DNA from: Felis catus
Taxonomy: Eukaryota
Reading direction: 5' to 3'
Assembly: GCF_018350175.1 (NCBI RefSeq)
Contig: NC_058368.1
Location: forward strand, 213,344,001-213,408,000
DNA: 64,000 bases
Shown here piece after piece: positions 12,697-24,699 of this stretch (positions are counted from its first letter, which is position 1; each line of letters opens with the position of its first letter). The notes beneath the pieces were generated by a model. The model worked only from the letters and a program-made list of their open reading frames with translations. It was not told the DNA's origin and searched no databases. The translations under genes were made by a program, and so were the position numbers.

Positions 12697-13719
12697 AAGA
12701 TTATCTTCCCCTGGAGCCTGCATACAACCCTGGGAAGAAGTGGGAAACGCCCAGATCAGCTGAGAACATCCAGAATTGACAGTTCAGCCCAAATTAACTA
12801 AGATTAAGTTTTCAGACCAAAGCAGGATGAAGGCTTTAGATAGAAATTAAGTCCGATTATAGGGAAGTTTATGCTTTCACATACCTAAGTTTGTATCCTG
12901 TATCATAAACTGGCTGTCTTTAGTCATACAAGTTGAAATGTGGCTTGAAAAAAAACATAAAATTACTCCATGAAATATTCATTACAGAAGAGGTTAAATA
13001 ATTCAGATTAGCATCTCTTCACTAGGCCACACCTATTTGCATCACACATGGATTTGGTTCAAAGCTGGGTCAGTGGAGATTTCCCTGAAATATCATCAAC
13101 ATTTCTAAACACACGTTTCCACCCAATAACTGATCTCATCTCCTGCAACAATCTCTCTCGAGCTAGTATTGTGTTCATGAATAAAACAAAAAGTATTAGC
13201 CATAGGTGTAGCTGCTCCTTGAAGGGCAAAATCAAGGACTCATGTGCTTATAAACATCAATTCTTGCGGTACCTGGCTGGCTCAGTCAGTGGAGATATGA
13301 TTTTTGATCTTGAGGTTGTGAGTTCAAGCCCATGTTGGATGTAGAGCTTCCTTTAAAAAAATTAATTTGTCAAAAAAAGTTTAATTCTTCAAATTTTACT
13401 TAGGACCCTAGTTATTTCATTTTTACTCCTGGTAGCAGCATTATTTTACATACTTAAATCAAGGAAAATTTTTATCCTTGTCTTCACCTTCACATCCCCT
13501 AAGATCTGAAAATACTTAAAGCAGAGGCACTCTGTTAGAGACAGCATGTGGATTATTTTTAAAAGGGGGTAATCTGAGAGCTCAGAGAGGCTCTTCCTTC
13601 ATCCAATTAACCAACACTGAATTCACCTGCTATGACTGGGCCCTATGCCCTGGTGGAGGTCTGAAATGACTAAAAACATAGGCTCTGTCCTCAAGAAATC
13701 CACAGTCAAGTCAGTCTCA

Positions 13720-14830
13720 AGGGAAATTCCATTAGACATAAAGGAAGACTTGACTCAAAGAGAGACACGCATCGCCCTGAATCGGAAGACTCAATGTTAC
13801 AAAGGTGTTGGTTTTCCTCAAGTTTATCTCAAAGTTTAACCCAAGCTCAAATTAAATCCCGAAAACCACATTTGACCACCAAAAAAGGACGCTAGAGTTC
13901 TACTAGAAAAGAAAAATATGAAACGTGAAGAACAATATGGAGAAAGAAAAATGACAATTTCCCCTGAAGACAATAAGGCATGTGATACAGTTAAGATACC
14001 AAAACGGAAGAGGCAGGTAAATGAAAAAAAAAAAAAAAAGTTTACGAGTGGTTTCAAGTAGATATAAGAATTTAAAATATCATGACTTGTTTTCAATCAG
14101 TAAACTGATTTGCAGTTAGAAACGATTGTTCAGCACGCCTGGGTGGCTCAGTTGGTTAAGTGTCCGACTCTTGATTTCAGCTCAGGTCATGATGTCGCAG
14201 ATGAGTTCAAACGCTTTGATCGGCTCTGCACTGACAGCACAGAGCCTGCTTGGGATTCTCTCTCTCCTTCTCTCTTTCTGCCCCTGCCCTGCTCCCTCTC
14301 TCCCAAAATAAATAAAATAAGACTTAAAATAAAAGAAATGATTGTTCGATAAATACAGTTGGAGCAAGTCTAACCATTTGCAGAAAATGAAATAAGATGG
14401 AGATTCTTACCGCATACTTACAGTCAATACAGATTAAGGATTAAATGTAAGAAGTGAAACCATCAAAAAGCAAGAAGAAAATGGAGGTGAGTATTTTTTA
14501 TAACCATGGGATGAGAAACACTTTGACCAAGGCACACAGTCTTTAGTAGAGATTGCTAGTTTTCCAAAGTGGTTATTATAGTTTACACTTTTGTGAGGAG
14601 TTTGTAGAGTTCCAGTTGTCCCATGTGCTTGCCGACAACTGGCGTTGGAAGTATACAATATTTTTGATACGTTTTAGTAGTTGTAAGTATCTCACTGTGG
14701 TTTTAATTTGCAGTTCCCTGATGACTAAAATGTCGGGTACATTTTCTTTGCTTATAAATACATATACATTTTTAATCCAGCAATTTTACTTCTAGGGCTT
14801 TATCCTGAAGAAATACTCACACATGTGCAT
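13720..14830. mobile_element. Degenerate old L1 fragments with a plus-strand Can-SINE at ~14133-14335
   Basis: ORF2-like remnants (GACATAAAGGAAGAC...GGAAGACTCAATGTT) and a SINE head at 14133. Confidence 0.6.
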
Positions 14831-14847
14831 GTGTGTGCGTGCACGTG

Positions 14848-14879
<32 letters not shown>

Positions 14880-15330
14880 GTGGAATTATCCAAGAATTGT
14901 ATTTTGGTGAAACACGTTTGGTATATTTCTACTGTGAAATATGGTTACCTAGTGACAATTAGCATTAATGTCTTTCTGATAGTTAATCCTAGGTAATAGA
15001 GTAACGGGTGATTTTTTAAATCTCTAAACAACACTTTAATACATTTCTAGTTGTGTCCTGACAGGAGATTTTTAATATGTTCTTAACTTTTGGACATTTT
15101 CTGAATTTTTCACAGAAAGCATACACTGTTTTTTTATTTTTGGAAGATATGGCAAAAATTATTTCTATATTATTTTGTGATGGATAGAAATAAAAAATCT
15201 CATCACAAATAACCTAACAGAATACCCACAATTCAATTATGAGCAGTGTCATTTACGGTCAAGTTTTTCATTTAAAATGCAAAAGATATACCTAGTGCCC
15301 ATATCTTTCTAAATATGATTTCATCTTTTT

Positions 15331-15392
15331 TATTTTATTTTATTAAATATATTTTATTGTCAAATTGGTTTCCATACAACACCCAGTGCTCA
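15331..15392 (-). mobile_element. Extremely 5'-truncated felid L1 (L1_Fc 3' terminus)
   Basis: TTTATTGTCAAATTGGTTTCCATACAACACCCAGTGCTCAT is the reverse complement of the cat L1 3' end. Flanked by TTCATCTTTT. Confidence 0.8.
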
Positions 15393-15519
15393 TTCATCTT
15401 TTGTATTTTAAAGTAAGCTCTGTGCCCAATGTGGGGCTTGAACTCACAACCCCAAGATCAAGAGTTGCATGCTCTATCAACTGAGCCAGTCAGGTGCCTC
15501 TGATTTCATCTTTAAAAAG

Positions 15520-17010
15520 AATCAGGGCTCCTTGGAGAAACGACTGAGACCGGGGCTCAGGCAGGGAAAGCACAAGATGAGCCAGGGACATAGGAACATT
15601 TTGATGTACCAGAAAATATGGAAATGAAAAAAAAAAAACAAAAACAAAAGAGAGATGGGAACGTGTTAAAAGGACATAGGAGCTGGTTTCAAGGAGAGGC
15701 CAGTGGCCATGTCTGGGAAAATTTTTGAGCTAAATATAAACCAGGAGAGTAAAGGATTATTAAATAAAATTAAATAAAATCATTAAATAAAATAGGAATC
15801 CATCAATTCATGCTGATGATAGATAACTAAATAAATGGGGCTGAGCAAGGGAGGGCTCTTCCTTACAGTGAAATGCAGATTGAAAGTGTGGAGGCAGGGG
15901 CACCTGAGTGGTTTAATCAGTTAAGCATCTGACTTGACTTCAGCTCAGGTCATAATCTCATGGTCTGTGAGTCTGAGCCCGGCATGGGGCTCTATGCTGA
16001 CAGCCAGGAGCCTGGAGCCTGCTTCCGATTCTGTCTCCCTCTCTCTCTGCTCCTTCCCCACTTGTACTCTGTCTTTCCCTCTCTCAAAAATAAACATTAC
16101 AAAAAAAAAAATGTAGAGGGAGGTAGAGTTGAAAGGTCACCATTTACCAACCATCATAGTGAAGAATGGTTTGGGCAAGAAATAGCAATGATCGCTAAAT
16201 TTACAGGGGGGGGGGGGGTGGGGAGGGGAAGCTTGATGAGGAGCAAGATATTTACTCAATTCTAAAGTGTCTCTCCATAAATTGCTTGTTAATTGTAAGG
16301 GAAAATAGTAACTATATAGTGGAGAAACTGGACAACATTTGGATCAATTGATCAAAATTAACCAACAGGGGGCAGATTGACATGGTGTGCTTCCAGATAT
16401 GATACACAGAGAAAAACAAAACATCACTTTCGTGCTATTCTTGCAGGGGACCCATGACCTGAATCAAGTCATGAGGAAACATCAGACAAGTCTGACTGAA
16501 GAGCATTCTACAAAATAACGGGCTTATATTCCTTATATTCTTTAAATGCATCAATGTCATGAAAGACAAATACTAAAGAATCATTCCAGATTAAAGAATA
16601 TTAAAGAAACATGACAACCTGAGGCATGTGTGATCTTTGGTAAAAGCTTCCACTAAAGGGGGGGATGCTATAAACAATTTATTGGTATGACTGACAAAAT
16701 AGGAATATGGATTGCAGAGTAAAAAAAAAGTGCAGATCAAGGTGAGACTTCTTGATTTGAAACTGTTTTGTGACTACGTAGGAAAATATACTTGTTCTTA
16801 GGAACTGTACAATGAAGTATTAGGAGCATAACAAAGGCATGAGCTATATAACCTCAAATGGTTCAGAGAAAATAAGTAAGTACAGAGGGAGAGAAGGAAA
16901 ATGTGATGAAATGTAGAAACAAAATGATTATTCTGGATAAAGGTGGTATGGGAGTTCTCTGTAATTTTGACAGCTTTTCTTTACATTTGAAGTTGTTCAG
17001 ACTTAAAAGT
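15520..17010 (+). mobile_element. Old L1 (L1MC/MD-like) 3' region with a Can-SINE at ~15897-16110
   Basis: CAGGGCTCCTTGGAGAAA..., CATGAGGAAACATCAGACAA, CATTCCAGATTAAAGAA, AAATGGTTCAGAGAAA. Confidence 0.75.
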
Positions 17011-17061
17011 TTAATAATGCACATAGTCGTAGTCATGGGCTTGGTTTTAATTATTTTATCT

Positions 17062-17092
<31 letters not shown>

Positions 17093-18396
17093 TTAACTGA
17101 GATATTGAGATACGTGGAAGCAATTTATCTGGGAGAGGGGAATAAGAAAAGGACTAATTTTGGAGTATAGAGACATGTCTCTCAGTTCTGACTTAATGGA
17201 GGACAGGAAGGTGAGTAGACCATGGTAATGAGTCTCAGAAATGGAAAATGGTGACCCAGGCTAGAGAGCTGAATATTGAGAGTCCTGAGAGGTCAGTTTA
17301 ATGTCAGACATGGCCCATGGATATGGACATGAATGTGGTCATAGTAAAATGGAACTTCCAGATTATAAATGATGAAAAGATAGAAGGGACACCATTAGAA
17401 CCTGCCCAGGAGAAGCTGGCTGCATGAGGGCTAAGGGATCCACGGGGCCACAATGAGGCTTAGAGAGACATGGGCAGCTTTACAAACAATGTTTCCTTTG
17501 TTGGTGCATTATTTAAAGAAGTAGGGGCACCTATGTGCCTCAGTCCGCGAAGCATCCGACTCTTGATTTTGTTTCAGGTCATGATCTCACAACTCATGGG
17601 ATTGAGCCCCACACTGGGCTCTGCACTGACTTCACAGAGCCTGCTTGGGACTCTCTCTCTCCCTCTCTCTGCCATTCCCCCACTTGCTCATGCTCTCTCA
17701 AAATAAATAAATAAATAGACTAAAAAAAAAAAGAATTAAATGGGAGATTTGCTGCATTTGTAGTAGCTGTAGGGGCTGAATATAGGGGCTGAATATCACT
17801 TGAAAGAAAGATAAGGAGCATCACTGAAGATAATACCTACAAGTATCTTAGTGGCTTCTTAACTCTCTTATAAAAATAAGACTTCTTCACTGTAAAACAA
17901 CAACAACAAAAACCCAACAAAATGGAAAATGGCGGACCTATGTGTTTACAGCACGTCACCTCGTTAGTCTGATTTCTTTTTCTCCTGATGAAACGCTCAG
18001 GAGCAGAGGCCATCCACACACTGGCACTTCATCTCCTTTGTTTCAGTTGCTGAATCTCATCAGCCAACAAACTGATATCGTCAATCCCTTCTTTCTCCAT
18101 CTTAATTCCAAATCAAACTCCTGTCTGGAAATTCAAATTTTAGTTCAAATTTCAATAGCCTGTATAGGCTTATTTTTCTGTTGTGAACAAACAAACTAAC
18201 AAAAGTCCTATATTTTTGAAGCTGGACAGTTTGAAAGCTACCCGTCAACACACAAGCAAACAGACCGCCATTGAAGAGGAAGCTGTCTCATGAGGAACAA
18301 GGCAGAGCTGCCTGGCATAAGTGGAATAGGACTGTCACAGCCCTCGGGAGTTACGGTTACAGACGGAAACACATTTTAGAATGGTAGGTGATCTTT

Positions 18397-19259
18397 CTTT
18401 TGTTTCTGTTTTCCCTGCAGAAAACTTTATTGTTTCCATTTGGCCCACCGCTTAGGACAGGGCTCCAGGGTCTAGTGGCTTCCAGAGAGGCTCAGGCAGA
18501 AGCTCCCCCACCGGGGTGTTGCTGGAAGGACTGCTCAAGAGCCGCCTGGCTCAGGAGGCTCCTAGTTGTGCTTGAGGGTCCACTCTCCCTGCCCAGCCTG
18601 CAGGATTATCAGGTGAATCAGATTATCACCATGTTCCTGATGAGTTCACTTCCTCATCTGAGAAGTGGTTCTCCAGGAAGTCACAGGGTTCTGCTCCGGC
18701 AGAACCAGGGCATGCAAATCCAAAAGGACCCACTTCGGGTTCTTCTCTAGAACATGGTGGCTCCCGTGGTGTCCTGGGTTTTACCCCACTCATCTTGGGA
18801 CAGCTTCTACAAGTCCTTGAAGAGGACGTGGCTGCTGCCCTGGTTTTGCATCTTCAAGACGTACTCAGCGCCTTCATGCTTCTAAGCCAACTCGTGTAAG
18901 AAGTCACCTGATCCCTCTGTGACCACATCCTCGAGGTGGAAATAGAAGCCCAAAGAGAGGTAAGTGTAGGAGGCCCCCAGATGCATGTTGACTAGGTGGT
19001 TGATGGCAGACCACACCTTGGTGGAATAATTCTGATAAATCTGGAAGCTCATGGATGACAGGAAATTGGGGGCTAAGCTCAAAATACAGGCTTGGCTGGT
19101 CTGAAGGCAGAGGATGGCCAAGAAGATGGTTCTGAAGGTTGCAACTGGAAAAGAGGTTGGAGGGTGGTCGGAGGCTGGAAGAAGGGGTATCCCTGGGTCT
19201 GTTTTGTCTAAACGCTGTTGAAGCAAGAGACAGGTCCGTGGGACCACTGCACACACTGT
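18397..19259 (-). pseudogene. FTL: Processed pseudogene of ferritin light chain: 5' UTR with IRE, intronless CDS remnant 19052->18562, 3' UTR, AATAAA and decayed poly(A)
   Basis: [38 protein letters not shown] resembles FTL MSSQIRQNYST...[12 protein letters not shown]. In-frame stops at 18884-82 and 18809-07, with later frameshifts and deletions. AATAAA on - at 18431-26; A-rich tail ~18397-18412. TSD TGGTAGGT(G/A)ATCTTT at 18382-96 and 19260-74. Confidence 0.95.
19199..19233 (-). promoter_or_regulatory. Degenerate iron-responsive element (IRE) of the FTL retrocopy
   Basis: The minus strand reads CTGTCTCTTGC-TTCAA-CAGCGT-TTAGA-CAAAACAG, against the canonical ferritin-L TTGC-TTCAA-CAGTGT-TTGGA. 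Confidence 0.85.
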
Positions 19260-19554
19260 TGGTAGGTAATCTTTGACACAGGTATAAGAAATGCTATGGC
19301 TTTACTCAAATGACTGGTGGAATATAATTCAACCATGTAAGGCCCATCCAACAAGAATTTATTATATTTAGCTTTGCATTTTAAGTCTCCCCCTGGTCTG
19401 GTCTTTGTAAAAGGCAAACCTAAGGTATTCATTTTCCTTTCCACTCCCCAACCCTTATTGAGACAGGAAAGGAAAAGGAAAACTGGCAGAATAGACCACA
19501 AGTTTGGATACCACTGTGATTTAGACATGGCTAAATGAGGTTTGGAAAAGACAT

Positions 19555-20866
19555 TAAGGTGTTTTGTTTTGTTTTGTTTTGTTTTGTTTTGTTTTGTTTT
19601 TGAGAGAGAGAGGGGGGGTGCAAGTGAGCGAGGGACAGGGACAGAAAGAAAGAGGAGGAGAGAGAGAGAGAGGGAAGTGGGACTCACCCAAAGCAGGGCT
19701 CATGTTTACTCGATGTGGGACTTGAACTCACTGACCTGAGCCCAAGTCAGATGCTTAATGGCTGAGCCACCCAGGAGCCTCACACTAAGGTTTTAAGGTC
19801 ATGAGGCACGAGTTAGTATAGTTAGTACATGGGGCAAATGTATCTGTCCAAGAAGAGGTAATGGAATGAAGAAGTTCATGATGCTTCAAAGCATTTATGT
19901 CATTCACCCCAAGGCGGGCATCTACAGTGGGAGAAGGTGGCTAATTTTAGTTGAAACTTCCTAGGTTTATGTTATAAGGCTTCCTTTCTTTTATTTTAAA
20001 AGAATGTATTTATAATCAAGTATTAATTTTGCCCAAAGAACTAAAAATAGTAGGGGTAACAAGAAAAGTAAACATATTTCAAGGCCATCTTTGTCCAACT
20101 CTTGGGAAGAGTGAAACTGCTTTCCAGTTACTCATGTTAAATTTTAGGTCTTAGTTAACCTCAGCTTCTGTAGCTTAGTTGTCCTGCTACTGAGGTCTTC
20201 TGTTTCCTCAGTCAGTAGCCCTTCTAGAGTTCCTTGGAAGAAGTCATTAAAAAAACGGTTCTTTTTTTTCTTTTTTATTATTTTTTTAACGTTTATTTTT
20301 GAGAGAGAGAGACAGAGAGAGAAAGAGAGAGAGAGAGAGAGTGGGGGAAGGGCAGAGAGATAAAGAGACACAGAATTCAAAGCAGGATTCAGGCTCCAAG
20401 CTGTCAGCACAGAGCCTGATGTGGGGCTTGAACTCATGAACTGTGAGATCATGACCTGAGCCGAAATTGGACACTTAACTGCCTGAGCCACCCAGGCACC
20501 CCACTAAAGAAACTGTCCTTAAAGGCACCGGGAAAAAGGGACATCAGGTAGTATGTGAGTATGACGTCATGGGGAAATCAGGACATAGGCTTAAGACATG
20601 GACTTTATCTTACAGAAAGTGCACATGGAGGTTTGTACAAAGGGGTTTATGCACTGTTGGACTAGTGAACATTTAGGAATAAGTTGAATATCCATCATCA
20701 CAGAACTGATCTAGTGAATTGTTTGCCCATACTGTGAAACACTCTGCAACCATTAAAAAGCATGAGATGGAGGTAAATGCACTGATACAGGGAGATTCCC
20801 AAGGCATATTATTATTATTATTATTTAGAGAGAGAAAGCATAAGCAGGGGAGAGGGGCAGGGTGGG

Positions 20867-20922
<56 letters not shown>

Positions 20923-21970
20923 CTCAAGCAGGCTCCACACTCAGTGCAGAGCCCGAGGTGGGGCTTGATCCCATGGCCCTGGGATAACGACCTGAGCCGA
21001 AATAAAAAGTTGGATGCCCAAACAACTGAGTCACCCAGGCACTCCCCCAAGACATTATTAAAAGCAACTTGCAAAACAACATGTATAGCATAACTCTTTT
21101 ATATTAAAAATCTATGTAATGTATGTACATGTGTTACATGTAAATGCATAGAATGGGGACAGGACAGATGGGCACCAAACCACAGTCCTGGCTGATTTAG
21201 AGGAGAGTTGTAAAAATGGGGAAGAGGATGAAAGATAACTTTTATATTTTGCTCTCCAGAAATGATTCTTGTTTGAATCTTTTTTTTTTTAAGTTTATTT
21301 ATTTATTTTAAGAGAGAGAGCAGGGGAAGGGCAGAGAGAAAGAGAGAGAGAGAATCTCAAGCAGGCTCTGCACTGTCAGCACAGAGCCTCATGAGGGACT
21401 CTACCCCACAAATTGTGAGATCATGACCTGAGTCAAAATCCAGAGTCAGACGCTTAACCAACTGAGCCACCCAGGCGCCCCTCTTGCTTGAATCTTTTAT
21501 CATAAGAATGTGTTCATGTTACTTGTGGAATTTTCAAAAGGTCATTTGATGTAGTCAATCTTTCCTGAAAACAAGAAGTACTAAATTCATAATGGTATGT
21601 GGATCCCCTGGTGTGCATAACGCTTTGGCATCTGACCTCGTCCCACAACCCCCTCAAGAGCTAAAAACCAAGAGAGATGATTTCTGTGACAATTCCTCAA
21701 GTTCATGCTCAGATCACTTAACTCGCTTGACTTTTTTTTTAAAGTCTTTGAAAAAAAGATTAAGTTTATTTATTTTGAGAGAGACAGAGAGAGTGCAGCA
21801 GGGGAGGGGCAGAGAGAGAGAGGAAGAGAGAGAATCCCAAGGAGACTTCGCACTGGCAGCTCAGAGCCTGACATGGGGCTCGAACCCATCGAACCCACAA
21901 AACTGTGAGATCATGAACTGAACTGAAGCCACGGGTCCGGCACTTAACCGACTGAGCCACCCAGGCACCC
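19555..21970 (-). mobile_element. Cluster of five minus-strand Can-SINEs (~19555-19780, 20265-20502, 20810-21047, 21280-21481, 21755-21971), with (TTTTG)n and (GA)n 20871-20920
   Basis: Each ends in ...CTGAGCCACCCAGG(C/T)RCCCC-like sequence and has a GA-rich body. Confidence 0.9.
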
Positions 21971-22454
21971 CAACTGGCTTGACTTTTTTTTTTTTTTTAA
22001 CCTAACCTCACAATTAGAGGGTTCTCTCCCTGTCTTTCAAGGGCATATCTACTTTCTTTCCTTCTTGACTACTGCATTAACCCGATTATTTTTCTTAGTC
22101 AGGCTCTCTTGGCCCTTGTGTCCACTGGTGGCTTAACTTCTCCTATTTAAAGTTTCCTGCCTGGGGGTGCCTGGCTGGCTCAGTCCGTAAAGCATGTGAC
22201 TCTTGGTCTCAGGGTTGTGAGTTCAAGCCCTACACCGAGTGTGAAGCCTACTTAAAGTCTCCAGCCTGTAAACTGAGTGTAGGATCTTTCCTACAGTTTT
22301 CACTGATGAAAAGTTCAGAGTTGTACTAGCAACTAACAGTTCTCTTGATTGCTGGCTTGATGGTTTTACTTCAAGAAGAGGGAAGTCCTTTGAGTCTCAA
22401 GATATACTACTAGACTCTGCTCTAGAGATGATTGAGCCAAGGAAATTTCTTAAC

Positions 22455-22900
22455 CTGTGTTTCAGTTATCTATTTCTCATGAACTGATGGCTCATCTCTG
22501 CTCCCCACGTCATCAGCTGGGATAGCTCAACTAGAATGATGAAGGATTCACTTTCAAGATGTCTCCCTCACATGGCTGATACATTGGTGCAGACTTAATA
22601 GGGAGCTCAGCCAGTGTTGTGGGCCACAAGCCTCAGTTCTTTTCTAGGTGGATCTCTGAACAGGATGCTTGGGTTTCCTCACAATATGGCAGCTGGATTC
22701 CAAGAGCAGTCATCCCAAGACAACAAAGCAGATACACATGATATTTCAATGACATACCCTTAGAAGCTACATAAGGTAAATTCTACCATACTCTATTGGT
22801 TGAGGCCATCTCAAGGCCTACTCAGGTTCAAGGGCAGGGGGTATAGACTCTAGCTCTTGATTGGGGGGGGTGGGGAATGTAGGCCAGCTATTGGCCACAC
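22455..22900 (-). mobile_element. MaLR MLT1-family LTR
   Basis: TGTGTTTCAGTTATCTATT..., TTCAAGATG..CCTCACATGGCTG, CTCACAATATGGCAGCTGG. Confidence 0.7.
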
Positions 22901-24699
22901 CTTGGTTTTGAGGGAGAGCACAGACAGAGTTGATTACTGGATCTGAAGTAGAACACAAAAGCAGTGATGCAAATGTGAAGACTGAGAAACTGATCTTCCC
23001 AGATCTCCCTCAATCAGATCTTGCTTTTTTGGCTGATTATGAATTTTCTAAAATCCACAAAAACTCTAAACTTCAAATGCAAGTGCAAAATGAAAATATT
23101 TTAAAAACCTAACCAATTGTGCAACTCTTCAAAAAAAAAACAAACAAACAACTTCGTCGGGCACCTGACTGATTCAGTTGGTAGAGCATGCAACTCTTGA
23201 TCTCAGAGTGGTAAGTTTGAGCCCCATGTTAGGCGTAGAGATTACTTAAACAAATAAAACTTAAAAAATTCAATCCAATTTCATTGTCAAATTTAGGGTT
23301 ATTTATTATTTATGTACATTTTGACTTATGTAAACTTATCGTTCATAAAGAAGGAAATAGAGACTTAATTATATCCCACTATCTTATTTATTAAGTAAGT
23401 GCAAGGTAAAAGTTTATTGGGATTTTGAATTAAAGTAGATATAGTCATTATTAATATTATTATGAAAGTTGTGAGGTCACCTGTTAAGATAACTTTCTTA
23501 CATCCTCTTTTGTTTAAGATTTTCAAAAATGTTTATTTATTTTGAGAGAAAGAGAGACAGAGAGATAGCATGCACACATGTGTGTGCGTGTGAGCAGGGG
23601 AAACGGGTAAAGAGAGAGGGCGACAGACAGGGGGAGAGAGAATTCCAAGCAGTCTCTGTGCTGTCAGTGCTGAGCTGGACACAGGGCTCAATCCCACAAA
23701 CCATGAATTCATGACCTGAACTGAAACCAAGAGTCGGACACTTAACCGAATGAGCCACCCAGGTGCCCCTTTCCTGAATTTTGTTAGTGAATTGATGGGA
23801 AGGGGTTTTGGTGGTGAGAAGGCAGTAGAGTAGGACCAAATATGGTAGAACTGTTGGGGTAAACCTTACGAGGGCATTGTACAAACTGACACCCAGTACT
23901 GAAGAGTATTGTGAGCTTCTAGAAAGGGATATATAAATGCAAAATAATACAGTTGTATCTTTTAAAGATGGGTAGGAGTTGGGAGAAGACTGTAAAGTCT
24001 GTTCTCACGTGGATGTGCCTCAGCAAAGCCCCTCTGCTCTTCCTCAGGCGAAGCAGCAGGAAAGGGAGGGAGCTCCCTACTTCAGGAGGGGACAGAGCAG
24101 GAGGCCACGTAGGAAATGCCACGTCAGCTAGAGACAGTGGCCAGGGGCAGTTGGCAGCAAGTTGCTTGTGACTGACACAGAACATCTATAGAAATAAAGC
24201 TAAATGAAGTATGGTGGCAGGTGGTGAGCACGAAGTTTGGACTGGCACTGGGGCAAAGTAAGCAGGGAGGCTGTAAGTGGACAAGTGGACTAAATTTGTG
24301 CGTGGGGAAGGAAAAAGCAGAATCACCACCCCCACAGGACAGGCAAATAGACTAATCTATAGACACAAAAAATATATTACTGGTCATTTAGGTCTGGGAG
24401 TGAGGTTGATGAGCAAAGGGGAATGGCTGCTAGTGGGAAGGCATTTTTTGGGGGGGAGAGGATGATGAAAGTGTTCTAGAATTGATTGTGGTGATGGTGG
24501 AACTTTATGGTACATGAATTATATTTCAACAGAGCTTATGTTTTGAAGTAAGTAAGCCCACAATTGAATGTAAATAAAAATACATGTATGTGTAGACTTG
24601 AAAAAAACAAATACACCAGCTGCATGTTCACCACTGTGACCCTCTTTCTCCCAGGTCATGGAATGCCTTTTTTTTTTTAGCTTCTTCTGTATCTTTCCA

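Noticed and set aside
17770..17795. 13-bp tandem duplication TAGGGGCTGAATA x2
   Set aside because: An ordinary slippage duplication with no further structure.
18882..19256. 124-aa ORF as a functional ferritin
   Set aside because: It starts at a non-ATG codon in UTR-derived sequence and stops at FTL codon 57; further stops and frameshifts follow.
22503..22513. CCACGTCA UPRE-like motif
   Set aside because: It lies inside an MLT1 LTR remnant, with no supporting motif cluster.
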